From contig CAWAOD010000012.1 in the NCBI GenBank assembly GCA_963783575.1, positions 1-64,000 on the forward strand: a stretch of DNA of 64,000 bases, given 5' to 3'. The notes beneath the pieces are model-generated. The model saw nothing but the letters and a program-made list of their open reading frames with translations, ran no database searches and had not been told where the DNA came from. This document shows positions 18,881 to 28,894 of this stretch, one piece after another (positions within the stretch are counted from its first letter, which is position 1; each line of letters starts with the position of its first letter). This DNA comes from an uncultured Spirochaetota bacterium (lineage in GTDB: Bacteria > Spirochaetota > Brevinematia > Brevinematales > JAOACQ01). The position numbers and the translations under genes are program-made.

Positions 18881-19813
18881 AAACGATGGACGCAAAAAAG
18901 TGGATCGGAATTGATATCCACAAAAAGCAAATTACCGTTTGCATTATTATAGAAAACGGTAAAAAATCAATCAAGCAATATGAGAGAAATGAAAAAGAAT
19001 TAGCGGAATTTGAGAAAGAGATTGACAAAGAAACGATAATCGGGATTGAATCGACAAACTGGACATGGGATTTAATCAAACGGTTAAAAGATAAAGCAAA
19101 AGATGCGGTTATTTTCAATACTATTGATTTAAAAAGATTAATGGAAAACAGACAAGGAAGATGCAGAAAGAATGGCGATTATATTACAAAGATTTGAAAA
19201 AGAAGAGCTAAGTACCTGTCAGATAAGAAGCGACGAAGACGCTGAAATAAGAGGATTATTATCTGTGAGGGAAGAAATGGTTAGCAATAAGAAAAGCTAT
19301 AAGACAAAGATAATAGCGATGATGGAGTATTGGGGGATTAAAACCGGAGACAAAATGTTCAACAATTTTGAAAAGAACACAAACTGGGTCAAAGAACAAA
19401 ACATACCTGAGAGTATAAAGAGAGCCGTAATCCAGATGTATGTTATGTTAGAAAATCTCAAAGAAGACATTAAGGTACTGGATAAAGAAACAGAAGCCTT
19501 AAGCATAAAGAGACCCGGATATAATGAGATTAAAGAATTAACGGGAATAGGCACAACAACCGGCGCATACATCATAACGAAGGTAGGCAATATAGACCGC
19601 TTTAGTACCTCAAAAAAATTTGTATCATATATGGGATTAGCACCAAGAGTTAGTGAAAGTGACGGAAAAGGAACAAATGGTCAAATTACACGAAAAGTTG
19701 GAAATGTCAAGAGTTTTTCCCATACCTGTACTCGGGTAATTTCCCACCCCTTCCACAAGAGTATTTCCCATATGCTTCACAAGAGTTTTTCCCATAGGAG
19801 GAGGCAAGAATGG

Positions 19814-20563
19814 TTACTCAACCTCCTTATTCAAATTTTGTATTCTGTAAGATTCTCCGCTCAAGTTATAAATATTTGAATGATGTAAAAGCCTGTCCAG
19901 AAGAGCTGTTGTCATAATCGGGTCTCCCATCATTTCAGCCCAATCCTGAAATCCCTTATTCGATGTTATCACAATTGATGTCTTTTCATACAATTCACTT
20001 ACAAGACTAAAGAATAGATTTGCCTCCTTCTTTTCGATAGGCGTGTAACCTATCTCATCAATGATTAATAAGTGTGACTTCATCATCCGGTTCAGCCTGA
20101 AAGCAGAGCTTCTCTGGATGTCCGCCGTTTTCAGAAACTTAATGAGAGTAGTCATCCTTTCAAAGCAGACAATATATCCCTTTTCAACTGCCCGGATTCC
20201 GATACTAATTGCCAGATGCGTTTTCCCCAGCCCCGGAGACCCAAAGAACAACAGGTTATGATGATTATCAATCCAGCAGAAATCCAATAGCTGTGAAACA
20301 TCCATTTTAGATATTCCATTCACTTTTTCAAAATTAAAACCTTCCACATCTTTGCGGACCGGGAAGTGTGCTCCTGCCATATTCCGCTGAAAACGTTTTT
20401 CCACTCTATAATTCAATTCCAGAGAAAGCAGCCTCTGCAGAAAACTCAGATAAGACTCTTTTGCCTTTTCAGCCTCACCAATTTCCTCATCAATCCGTTT
20501 TATCATACCCTTCAACCCGAGAGTTGTAAGCGCAGTTATGATTTGTTCTCTTATCTTCAACAT
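19814..20563 (-). CDS. istB: IS21 helper ATPase IstB
   Basis: GSPGLGKTHLA, LLIIDEIGY, ITSN, LLDRLLHH, GESYR. Confidence 0.95.
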   Translation of the reverse strand: MLKIREQIITALTTLGLKGMIKRIDEEIGEAEKAKESYLSFLQRLLSLELNYRVEKRFQRNMAGAHFPVRKDVEGFNFEKVNGISKMDVSQLLDFCWIDNHHNLLFFGSPGLGKTHLAISIGIRAVEKGYIVCFERMTTLIKFLKTADIQRSSAFRLNRMMKSHLLIIDEIGYTPIEKKEANLFFSLVSELYEKTSIVITSNKGFQDWAEMMGDPIMTTALLDRLLHHSNIYNLSGESYRIQNLNKEVE

Positions 20564-22119
20564 TGCCGGCCCCCGATGGAGTCACAGAAACTCTGGTATT
20601 TCCCGATGTCTGATTTAGCTACTTCAAGATAGTGTTCAGGATTCACTGAAGGCCTGACAATCTTTTCAACATTCAAGGGTATTTCTGCCTTTTCTGTTAT
20701 AAAACAGTTCAGGTAATTATCCCACAAATCCTTCATGGAATAACTATCACTCTCCAGGCAGTTTGAGATCGCTTGTGTAAGCTTCCCGGTATCAATTATC
20801 TTGTCCCTGAAGTATTTTCTTCCGGAAAGACATTGGTCCCTTACATAACGATTGAACTTCCTGAAATTACATTCAAGAAAATCCTTCCAGCCGGGAATAT
20901 CAAAGTACCCGCTTACTTCTTCTTTCAATAACTGCACAGTCTTTCCCATTTCCCGGATCATTGCCCTGTTGGTTACAATCTGCCCCGGAATCACTGAAAG
21001 CCGGTATTCGGCGATTTGCTCTCCCGTTATCCTGTCAAAGACAAAAAGCCGACTGCCCGTCTTGTAGATGTCCACCGAACCGTTCCTGTATTTTTCGGGA
21101 ATATCATACTGGCTTGCATCAACTGCGATCCGGCATTTATCGCTTACACTGCGCTCTTCCCTTGCTCCTATCCTGTCTTTACGGAATATCGAATTCCTGA
21201 CAGATTGGAGATATGGTCTTTCCGTTTCAATCTCTATCAGCGGTATTTTCATTGTAGCCTGGGATATTCTCCCGTTGGCTTTTCTTTCCAGCCATTTCGT
21301 CAGGCTTTCTTCCGCTTCCATTAAACTGTTGAACTCCCGGACTGAGAAGAAACCGTGCTTGATGAATTTGACTACGTTTTCAATCTTTCCCTTACTTTCC
21401 GGGTCAGCAGGCCGGCATACATACATTTTAAGACCCATTTCCCCGATGAAATACTGAAAGTCTTTCGTGTAGATGATATCGCCTGAGTTCTCACTCGCAA
21501 CCATCGTGCAGTCCTGATCGATGACAAGTTCATGCGGTATCCCGCCCATATATGCGAAACAGTCCAACAGATGATTGATCAGGTCTTCTGTCCGGAATGG
21601 CCTCTCCTGGAGGGCCGCATACTTAAAACGACTGGCGGATAACACCGCGGCAAATATGTAATACCTTCTGCCATATCTGTCGGTATATTGACCGAAATCA
21701 AGCTGGAGCTGCTTTCCATATGGCATGTCAGGCACTTTTGTGTAATACCGGCGCTTTTCATTCAAGGTAAGCTGCCCGCTTTCAATCAGGTAATGTACGA
21801 AATTCCTCATCGTATTTTCATTCGCCGGAAGTTTGCCTTTTACCTCCAATAAATAGTCATACACAGCAGACATATTTAGCCGGATGTAATCATTCTTTTC
21901 ATATATTTTCAATATGTCTGTTTTTATTCCCTCGAATTCTTTTTCACGGAAAGAGAATTCCATCAGGCTTTTCTGGTATTCGGAATCGTTCATAGCCCAA
22001 TATTTTCGGACTGTCTTAATATCTATTGACAGTTCCCGGGATACACCATTTTTACTTTTCCCCAAAAGTTTCAGTTTTTTTATGTCCTGATACATAATAT
22101 TTTTCACCATTCCTGCCAT
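20557..22119 (-). CDS. istA: IS21 transposase IstA
   Basis: N-terminal HTH (KTVRKY), QLDFG, GGIPHELVIDQ, PESKGKIENVV. Confidence 0.93.
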   Translation of the reverse strand: MAGMVKNIMYQDIKKLKLLGKSKNGVSRELSIDIKTVRKYWAMNDSEYQKSLMEFSFREKEFEGIKTDILKIYEKNDYIRLNMSAVYDYLLEVKGKLPANENTMRNFVHYLIESGQLTLNEKRRYYTKVPDMPYGKQLQLDFGQYTDRYGRRYYIFAAVLSASRFKYAALQERPFRTEDLINHLLDCFAYMGGIPHELVIDQDCTMVASENSGDIIYTKDFQYFIGEMGLKMYVCRPADPESKGKIENVVKFIKHGFFSVREFNSLMEAEESLTKWLERKANGRISQATMKIPLIEIETERPYLQSVRNSIFRKDRIGAREERSVSDKCRIAVDASQYDIPEKYRNGSVDIYKTGSRLFVFDRITGEQIAEYRLSVIPGQIVTNRAMIREMGKTVQLLKEEVSGYFDIPGWKDFLECNFRKFNRYVRDQCLSGRKYFRDKIIDTGKLTQAISNCLESDSYSMKDLWDNYLNCFITEKAEIPLNVEKIVRPSVNPEHYLEVAKSDIGKYQSFCDSIGGRQC

Positions 22120-22468
22120 CCTTTAATGAATTTTCATTAAAGTTTAACTTCTATTTCCCCCTATGGGAAATCTGTTTGTGACAGGTATGGGAATTTCATT
22201 TATTGCTACCCTGGTAAATTAGTTTATCATTTCCAAAAGTAGACGGTGCTTTTTTAAGGGTCATAGTACAAGCAGCCTGGGTTCGTGTGAGATATGATAA
22301 AGAAATGAAATCGTTTTATGAGAATATTCGAACAAGAAGAGGAAAACAAAAAGCGATCATTGCAGTAGCGAGAAAAATTATTGTGGAAGTATATTATAAG
22401 TTGTTGAATCTGAAATCTGAGGCTTGAATCTTAAAATAAAACTTGACAAATTACATAGGAGACAGTTT

Positions 22469-23155
22469 ATGAATAATTTAGAAAGTTTTTTTAGATACAT
22501 TATACCCGGTTTGATTTTTTTTATTGAACTTATTTTATTAATGATTTTTTCTGGCGATTTAAGTATGAATCAACTGAAAGATATAATAAAAGACTTTTCA
22601 ATTATTATTACAGCATTTGTAGTTTCAGGTGGAATAGGTTTTTTATTTGGTATATTTTATTATACTATTAGCTGGAGAATACCTTGTTTTTTAATTAACT
22701 TTAGAAAAATTATTATAGAGGCAAAAAATAAAGGGTGGTTAGTAATAAAACCTTTCAAAAATACCATGAAAATTGATAATAGAACATCTTATTATTGGAT
22801 AACATTCTCCTTATGGGATTCTCTTAAAGTAAAACCAGAGATAAAAGAAGTAAATGATCATGCTGTCAGAATAGCTCATATAGCAAATGGCTTAGGCACT
22901 ATATGTTTTGCTACTTTTATTTCCTTAATATACTTTTCTATTAATCATTTTTGTAATCTTAATAAAAATATTTATTCTTGGATAATATGGTTTTTTGTTG
23001 GTTTATTCGTATTATTTATACAAATTATTAATTTTATTCATGTTGTAAAAGATCATCACATATTGATTGGCTCTGTTTTACTTAATTATTTATATAAATA
23101 CACAATAGACCATGATGATAAGCCTATGGTATATTATTATTTTAAAGAAAGATAA
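22469..23155 (+). CDS. Hypothetical membrane protein (about 4 TM), cassette gene
   Basis: ATG 22469 after AGGAG; hydrophobic segments; low GC. Confidence 0.7.
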   Translation: MNNLESFFRYIIPGLIFFIELILLMIFSGDLSMNQLKDIIKDFSIIITAFVVSGGIGFLFGIFYYTISWRIPCFLINFRKIIIEAKNKGWLVIKPFKNTMKIDNRTSYYWITFSLWDSLKVKPEIKEVNDHAVRIAHIANGLGTICFATFISLIYFSINHFCNLNKNIYSWIIWFFVGLFVLFIQIINFIHVVKDHHILIGSVLLNYLYKYTIDHDDKPMVYYYFKER

Positions 23156-23365
23156 TAAATTAACAAACAATGCTTATAGTTTACAGCAAACTAATCTTGA
23201 TATTTCAGTTATTAATCGAATTACAGAGATATTTTCTTTAGTGAACTATAATTATTATTTTATCATGCCATTAATTAATATATCACCGGAAAATATTCCA
23301 GGATATAAAAATGAAAAATTATAGTTTTAATAATTCTTTAATTTTAAAAAATTGTCAAACACTTC

Positions 23366-23490
23366 GTACAACGGCCTTATAGAAAAAGTTAATTTCAGGT
23401 AATAATCCTCCCTTTCCAAACAGTCTGTTTGGCTTTTGTTATTAAGCGGGAGGAGAGGCGTGGGGCGGGGTTTGATATTTCGAGATGTAC
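23366..23490 (+). repeat. Degenerate attC-like site
   Basis: GTACAAC...GATGTAC; similar to 25004-25158, and its 3' end resembles 18551-18580. Confidence 0.6.
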
Positions 23491-23621
23491 GCCATTTTTC
23501 CGCAAAATAATATTTAAGAAATAAATAGTATATTTTATGATATTGATAAATTACTGGAAATAAAATATTTAAAGTTTTAAAATTAATTGCTCATGAATTA
23601 GTACATGAAAAAGGATTATTA

Positions 23622-23852
23622 ATGCCTACTATTTTAAGAAAAGATGGATTTAAATTCTTCTTTTATGCAAATGAACATTTACCAAAACATATTCATGTTG
23701 TTAAAGGAGATAATTTTGCCAAAATAAATTTAGAAACACTTGAAATTATAATTAATTATTTTAAAACAAATGAAACAAATAAGTTATTAGATATTATAAA
23801 AGAAAATAGAACAAAGTTTTTGGAGAAATGGTATGAATACTTTCAAAGGTAA
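23622..23852 (+). CDS. DUF4160-family protein (putative toxin)
   Basis: MPTI...GFKFFFYANEHLPKHIHV...W. Confidence 0.85.
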   Translation: MPTILRKDGFKFFFYANEHLPKHIHVVKGDNFAKINLETLEIIINYFKTNETNKLLDIIKENRTKFLEKWYEYFQR

Positions 23853-24084
23853 AAAAGTTCATTTTAATGATGATTTTTTAATAGTAGAATTACAAGATGG
23901 AAGAATAATATCAACACCATTAGATTGGTACCCTGAATTGAAAAAAGCTACTATTGAACAGATTAAAAATTATCATTTCATATGTAGATCAACAGGAATA
24001 GAGTGGGAAGACATAGATTATCAATTAAGTATTGAATCTATGTTAATTGGGGAAAATAAATCTCATCAAACAGCTGTCGCTTAA
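23833..24084 (+). CDS. DUF2442-family protein (putative antitoxin)
   Basis: LQDGRIISTPLDWYPEL..AT..Q, GIEWEDIDYQLS; overlaps the DUF4160 gene. Confidence 0.85.
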   Translation: MNTFKGKKVHFNDDFLIVELQDGRIISTPLDWYPELKKATIEQIKNYHFICRSTGIEWEDIDYQLSIESMLIGENKSHQTAVA

Positions 24085-24122
24085 TAAATGAAAACTTTAC
24101 ATTAAACCTGCGGAAAAAAGAC

Positions 24123-24374
24123 GTATATCAGCGGCTATATCGCTCCGGTGCTCAAAAAAACTTTTCAGGGCGTAATGGAGTAGAAAGAGAAAAGTTTTTC
24201 CTGCGCTCCTCGGATTCGCCCGTTTTTGATTTTTGTAAAAGAGAAAGGAGTACAACTTGACTATGATAATTATTAAAATAGAAGTCATTATTTACGGGCT
24301 CACCAAACCCGCAAACCTAAGCGCGCGGGGCTGGTGTTAAGGTTTGCGTGCTTCGTATAACCGCACCGTTGTAT
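24123..24374 (+). repeat. Long attC-like site
   Basis: GTATATC-AGCGGCTATA ... TATAACCGC-ACC-GTTGTAT: paired outer and inner boxes. Confidence 0.65.
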
Positions 24375-24439
24375 GCAATAATACCGGCATAGATTTCAGT
24401 TATACATAATTGATAGTTTTAAATTTGGAGGAAATAACA

Positions 24440-24955
24440 ATGAAGGATCAATTACTATTACTGGCAAAATATAATTTTTTTACTGATAATGAAGTTATAA
24501 AAATCCTTGATCAAATTGAAGAAGTTGAAAGATTAAAAGATAGAAAATCATTCGCAGTAAGCCTTCATGGTCTACTTGATCATAATTTTGAAGCAACACT
24601 ATACTTTCAAAAACAAATAAAAAATTCGTTTCCTAATCTAAAATGCTTAAATCATGATTTCATAAATTTTGAAACTGTTTATAGAAAAATAAATCTAATT
24701 AATTTCAATGAATTAAAAGAAGCTATAAAATTAATTGATAATTCTTTTGTTTATTTTGTATCAAATATAACAGAAGAAGAACTAAATAAATCAATTCCTG
24801 TAACTTCTTTTTATGGAGTAGAAAATCAATTTGTCTGGTTTATTTTGATTCAATGTTTTACACATGCAACACATCATAGAGGTGAAATTTCTCAAATATT
24901 AGATGAAATGGGAATTGAAAATGATTATTCTGGAATAAAACAAAAATATGATTGA
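24440..24955 (+). CDS. DinB-family protein
   Basis: KYN, SLHGLLDH, HATHHRGEISQIL; GGAGG RBS. Confidence 0.85.
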   Translation: MKDQLLLLAKYNFFTDNEVIKILDQIEEVERLKDRKSFAVSLHGLLDHNFEATLYFQKQIKNSFPNLKCLNHDFINFETVYRKINLINFNELKEAIKLIDNSFVYFVSNITEEELNKSIPVTSFYGVENQFVWFILIQCFTHATHHRGEISQILDEMGIENDYSGIKQKYD

Positions 24956-25003
24956 TTGGATTATTATATTAAGATTTTATATAACATATGCCAATTTTAT
25001 GGC

Positions 25004-25189
25004 GTACAACGGCTTTGTATAAAAAGCTAATTTCATATATTAACATTTCCTTCCCAAACAGCCCACAGGGGCAGACGGCATCGAATAGCTCCAGGCGATG
25101 TTAAGGCTTCGCCCGTTTTGGTTTTTGCCCTTAGGCGGGAGAAAAGACGTGGGGCGGGTTGTTTTAGGCATTTCGTTATTAAGTTAAAC
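25004..25189 (+). repeat. Degenerate attC-like site
   Basis: GTACAACGGC...AAAAAGCTAATTTCA...CCAAACAG...GCGGGAG...CGTGGGGCGGG shared with the 23366 copy; 3' end uncertain. Confidence 0.55.
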
Positions 25190-25246
25190 ACAAGCCCAGT
25201 CGAAGCTTTATATTAATAAGGATTCCGGCATCCACAGGAGAAAAAA

Positions 25247-25501
25247 ATGAAAGCAGTACTTACTTACGATACAGGTTCTTCAACAATGGAAGACATAATG
25301 AAAGTCTTTCCAAAACACAAACTGTACCTTGAAGACTTCAAGAAAGAAAACACAGTAATTGGAATTGGTCCATTCAAAGATCGGAAAGGTTCAATGGGAA
25401 TTTTTCTTGATATCGAAACGGCTACAAAGTTCAGCAAAGATGACCCTTTTGTTATTGAAGGAATTGCGAAAAACGTCCAAATACGTGAGTGGGCGGATTA
25501 A
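25247..25501 (+). CDS. YciI-family protein
   Basis: H..YL, GPF, GSMGIF, DDPFV, IREW. Confidence 0.8.
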   Translation: MKAVLTYDTGSSTMEDIMKVFPKHKLYLEDFKKENTVIGIGPFKDRKGSMGIFLDIETATKFSKDDPFVIEGIAKNVQIREWAD

Positions 25502-25564
25502 TAATAAAAATCACATATTATGTTTTTCTTTTATCTCTTAAATTATATCTTGGGGGTCTTGAGT

Positions 25565-26926
25565 ATGAAACACAGTATTATTCGAACGTATTTTATTGCT
25601 TCAATATTGTTTGGGATAATAATGGGTATAATATTTCCGATATTTTCTTCAATATTTATTTCTTCGTATAAATCAGTTCTCTATTACCATATTTACCAGG
25701 CTGGCTGCGTAATAGCCGGTATTATAGTCGGATTATTATCATTTATAATTGGTAATATACTCATTATAAAAAATATAAATATTATTGGTTCAAAAATAAA
25801 AGAATTGTCTTTAGGTAAAGGTGATTTAACCATATCAGTAGATATTAATTCAAATGATTCTATAGGTAATTTATGTAAAAATTACAATGAATTTCTTGGA
25901 TTTTTAAAATTTTTTATAATTCAGCTATTGGAAGTTAGTAACAAAGGTTCACAAATGAGTAACGGCTTGCGTTCGGTTGCCGAGGAATCTCTGGCCTCAA
26001 TAGAGAATATAGTATCGATTATAAATTCATTTTCTGACAGAATTCGTAATATTGATAATGGAATTGAAATTACAAAAGCCAATAAAGACAAATTACTTGA
26101 ATCAAATGATGTAATTACAACCATTATTAATAAAAATAATATATTTGTAAATAATTTATCTTCAATTATGAATAATTTGCTTTCTTCATTTAAAATAATA
26201 GATAATAATACCGACAAGGAAAAATCATTGAGTAATGAAGTTTTAACTCTTTCAAAATCAAGCAAAGATACTTTGACAACTACAATAACGTTATTTGATA
26301 ATTTTTCTGAATCAGCAAAAATGATTGTAAATCTAATAGCTGGTATTAATGAAGTCGCGGAAAAATCAAAGCTTCTTGCCTTAAATGCCGCTATAGAAGC
26401 TACCCGAGCCGGTGAATCAGGAAAAGGATTTAGAATTGTCGCCGGTGAAATCAAAACCCTTTCAGATACGGCAAAATCAAATGCTGCTATGATGAATAAT
26501 CAAATTAACATCATGATAAATATTTTAGATTCATTGTCAGGCATAATAACTCAATTAAGAGAAGCATTTGATGTTGTCTTCAATAAAATTACAGATAATT
26601 CAAATAATATTAGTGAAATTTCGGAAAATATTAAATCAGCTTTTATAGTTAACGGAAATGCAAACAATATATTGGATGAAATGAAGATATTGTCTGAGGA
26701 ATTAAATAACTCTTCAATGATATTCTCAAATAGTATCAATTTAATAAATAATTCAAGTAATGAAATTTCGATTGAATCTAAAAAGAATAAAATTATTGTA
26801 TCAGAGATTTTAAATGGTATTAATGAAATAAAAAGTGCCGCAGAACAGGTTACAAAAGCAAGCTTGGATAATTCCGAAATCACAAATATCATCAATGCAA
26901 AAATAATGAATTTTAAAACCGAATAA
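25565..26926 (+). CDS. Methyl-accepting chemotaxis protein
   Basis: Two TM helices, HAMP (GDLT..DSIG), LLALNAAIEATRAGESGKGFRIVAGEIK. Confidence 0.92.
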   Translation: MKHSIIRTYFIASILFGIIMGIIFPIFSSIFISSYKSVLYYHIYQAGCVIAGIIVGLLSFIIGNILIIKNINIIGSKIKELSLGKGDLTISVDINSNDSIGNLCKNYNEFLGFLKFFIIQLLEVSNKGSQMSNGLRSVAEESLASIENIVSIINSFSDRIRNIDNGIEITKANKDKLLESNDVITTIINKNNIFVNNLSSIMNNLLSSFKIIDNNTDKEKSLSNEVLTLSKSSKDTLTTTITLFDNFSESAKMIVNLIAGINEVAEKSKLLALNAAIEATRAGESGKGFRIVAGEIKTLSDTAKSNAAMMNNQINIMINILDSLSGIITQLREAFDVVFNKITDNSNNISEISENIKSAFIVNGNANNILDEMKILSEELNNSSMIFSNSINLINNSSNEISIESKKNKIIVSEILNGINEIKSAAEQVTKASLDNSEITNIINAKIMNFKTE

Positions 26927-27242
26927 TATAAATTTGATAATAAATAGGGAATGATTTAAACAGCGCTGTTTCTGGCGTTGCTGCCTGAGAGGGCATCCTG
27001 CGCCCATAAGCATACAGAGGTTTTAATGCGGCGGCGCATCCTCACTAGTATTCCGGGTGCTCGTTGGTTTTAAAAAGACAGATAGAACGAGGACGCTGCT
27101 CAACTTTTGTCCTTAGTTTTTGAATTTTCTTTCTGGAAAAGAAATTACTAAAATAGAATAATTTGGATTTGACTTTAATACCCTGCCAGCTAAATCATCT
27201 TAGCTGTGTAACATTAAATTACTTTTAAATTCTTCTAAACAT

Positions 27243-27324
27243 TGCGAGTAGAGGGACTTGAACCCACACGCGTCGCCGCACCAGATCCTAAGTCTGGCGT
27301 GTCTGCCAATTCCACCATACTCGC
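27243..27324 (-). tRNA. tRNA-Leu(TAG)
   Basis: GCGAGTA stem, CT-TAG-GA loop, long variable arm. Confidence 0.95.
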
Positions 27325-27392
27325 GCTGTAACAAAGCTTCACTTTGTTTCACAAATTTTAAAACTTTGCTCTTCAAGCCCAGGATACAACTT

Positions 27393-27465
<73 letters not shown>

Positions 27466-27738
27466 CAATTTTTTACTATTCTATAAGCCCGTGATTATTC
27501 TACTTGGTTTTATCTATTTTATGGTCAGTTGCTCTACCAACTGAGCTAACGGCCCCAACAATTTATTATTCTATAAAGCCCGTGATCATTATACTTGTTT
27601 CTATTTTATCTATGGCCAGTTGCTCTACCAACTGTGCTAACGGCCCCAACAATTTATTATTCTATAAAGCCCGTGATTATTCTACTTGTTTCTATTTTAT
27701 CTATGGCCAGTTGCTCTACCAACTGTGCTAACGGCCCC
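27466..27738 (-). repeat. Three tandem 90-91 bp repeats derived from tRNA-Lys
   Basis: CAGTTGCTCTACCAACTG(A/T)GCTAACGGCCCC at 27526, 27617 and 27708, with near-identical intervening sequence. Confidence 0.9.
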
Positions 27739-27754
27739 TTTCCAGGCCATCTTA

Positions 27755-27828
27755 CGCGCCCGGCAGGACTCGAACCTGCGGCCTTCGGATTCGAAGTCCA
27801 CTGCTCTATCCAGCTGAGCTACGGGCGC
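27755..27828 (-). tRNA. tRNA-Arg(TCG)
   Basis: GCGCCCG stem, CT-TCG-AA loop. Confidence 0.93.
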
Positions 27829-27871
27829 AACCGTTAATACCTATATATTTTAATTCAATTTTATCTTTCTG

Positions 27872-27945
27872 GGTGGACAATGGGATTTGAACCCACAGCC
27901 CCCGGTTCCACAGACCGGTGCTCTAACCGTTGAGCTATGTCCACC
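27872..27945 (-). tRNA. tRNA-His(GTG)
   Basis: G-1 present, CT-GTG-GA loop, GTTCAA. Confidence 0.93.
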
Positions 27946-27951
27946 AGGTTT

Positions 27952-28025
27952 TGCGCCTGACAGGAGTCGAACCTGTGGCCCACAGCTTAGAAGGCTGTTG
28001 CTCTATCCAGCTGAGCTACAGGCGC
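27952..28025 (-). tRNA. tRNA-Arg(TCT)
   Basis: GCGCCTG stem, CT-TCT-AA loop. Confidence 0.95.
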
Positions 28026-28029
28026 ATTT

Positions 28030-28104
28030 TCGGGGCGAGAAGATTTGAACTTCCGACCCCCTGCTCCCAAGGCAGGTACGCTAACCAAACTGCGCTACAC
28101 CCCG
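28030..28104 (-). tRNA. tRNA-Pro(TGG)
   Basis: CGGGGTG stem, CT-TGG-GA loop. Confidence 0.93.
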
Positions 28105-28428
28105 AGACAACAAGCTTCTTTCAGCTACAAATTGGTAATTATTTTAATTTTATTTTGTTGAAAAGTCAAATTTTACAGAAAAATAAAATTTTGTAAATAA
28201 TTTTTAAGTTACGATCATTGTTAGCTGTTTTAATGTTTATAAAAAGATTTTCATTTAATTATCATAATTATACAGTGTTGTAATTTCGTCAATTGATAAA
28301 GCTCTGTTATAGATAAAGTCCTAATGAATAAAAACTTTTTGTATCATTAAGATATAAAGTCTTCAGTGCGTGAAGCTGAATATTAATTATAAAGATTAAA
28401 ATGATGGATATTAAAATCTTCACCGATT

Positions 28429-28563
28429 TTAACCCTCCAGTCTAATCCGATTTGCCGGGGAAGGCTGCTTGTATATACCATCGATATCCACAGGCCAGGG
28501 GTCATACCACATTTTTCGGCCCTCGAGGTCGATGCCCCAAGTTTTAGTAATCTCAATCGGCAT
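28429..28563 (-). CDS. Unannotated 44-aa small protein
   Basis: GGAGG RBS then MPIEITKTWGIDLEGRKMWYDPWPVDIDGIYKQPSPANRIRLEG*; GC-rich patch in AT-rich intergenic DNA. Confidence 0.55.
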   Translation of the reverse strand: MPIEITKTWGIDLEGRKMWYDPWPVDIDGIYKQPSPANRIRLEG

Positions 28564-28838
28564 GCTTGTACCTCCGCTTTTTACCAAGCAAAAAGGACAA
28601 TACATTTATTTTTTATGTTGCATATAACATTGTACACCTGTATAATATATAACGCAAATGAAAATTGAAGAAGAAATCTGTCTATTATTATGCAAAAAAT
28701 ATAATTTAATACCCGTTGCACTCCTCGTTGAGCTTGTTCCCCGAGTGTTTTCATTGCGCAAGCGAGAAAATGTATCGAAGGAAACATGTTTAGCTGCATT
28801 TCTTTTGACTTTTAATAATTTAAGCATCTATTATTTTA

Positions 28839-28865
28839 TAAAGAGTTAAGCTTTATTTCCGATAT
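28839..28865 (+). promoter_or_regulatory. Putative sigma-28 promoter
   Basis: TAAA-N15-TCCGATAT about 30 bp before ATG 28895. Confidence 0.55.
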
Positions 28866-28894
28866 AATAATGTAAACCCTTTTCCGGAGTAGCT

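Larger units (their letters stand above)
19699..22235 (-). mobile_element. IS21-family element with 5-bp target duplication AAAGT
   Basis: Ends TGGAAATG...CATTTCCA; AAAGT at 19694-19698 and 22236-22240; several subterminal TTTCCCA repeats. Confidence 0.92.
18886..22427 (+). pseudogene. IS110 transposase, frameshifted near 19145 and split by IS21
   Basis: GIDIHK/GIES, then KTDKEDA...GLAPRVSESDG...GQITRKV in another frame; resumes at 22241 with DGAFLRVIVQAAW...AIIAVARK, stop at 22425-22427. Confidence 0.88.
18649..22461 (+). mobile_element. Second IS110-family element, inactivated and containing an IS21
   Basis: AGGAG at both junctions (18644-18648 and 22457-22461); joined ends give TTGACA-N17-TATGAT; structured 5' non-coding region. 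Confidence 0.82.

Noticed and set aside
18501..19118. 205-aa minus-strand ORF
   Set aside because: Antisense shadow of the IS110 transposase and its non-coding end.
19699..19879. His/Ser-rich C-terminus of ORF 19172-19879
   Set aside because: It is read-through into the IS21 terminal repeats, not a real domain.
23112..23324. 70-aa ORF after the membrane cassette gene
   Set aside because: Overlaps the upstream gene, has no clear RBS or motif, and is extremely AT-rich; it may be a fragment but cannot be supported.
14864..27242. tRNA-integrated genomic island or prophage
   Set aside because: I found no integrase, phage genes or duplicated tRNA 3' end at the boundaries.
27504..28196. ORFs 27504-27731, 27595-27837 and 27930-28196
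   Set aside because: They run antisense across tRNA genes and the tandem repeat.
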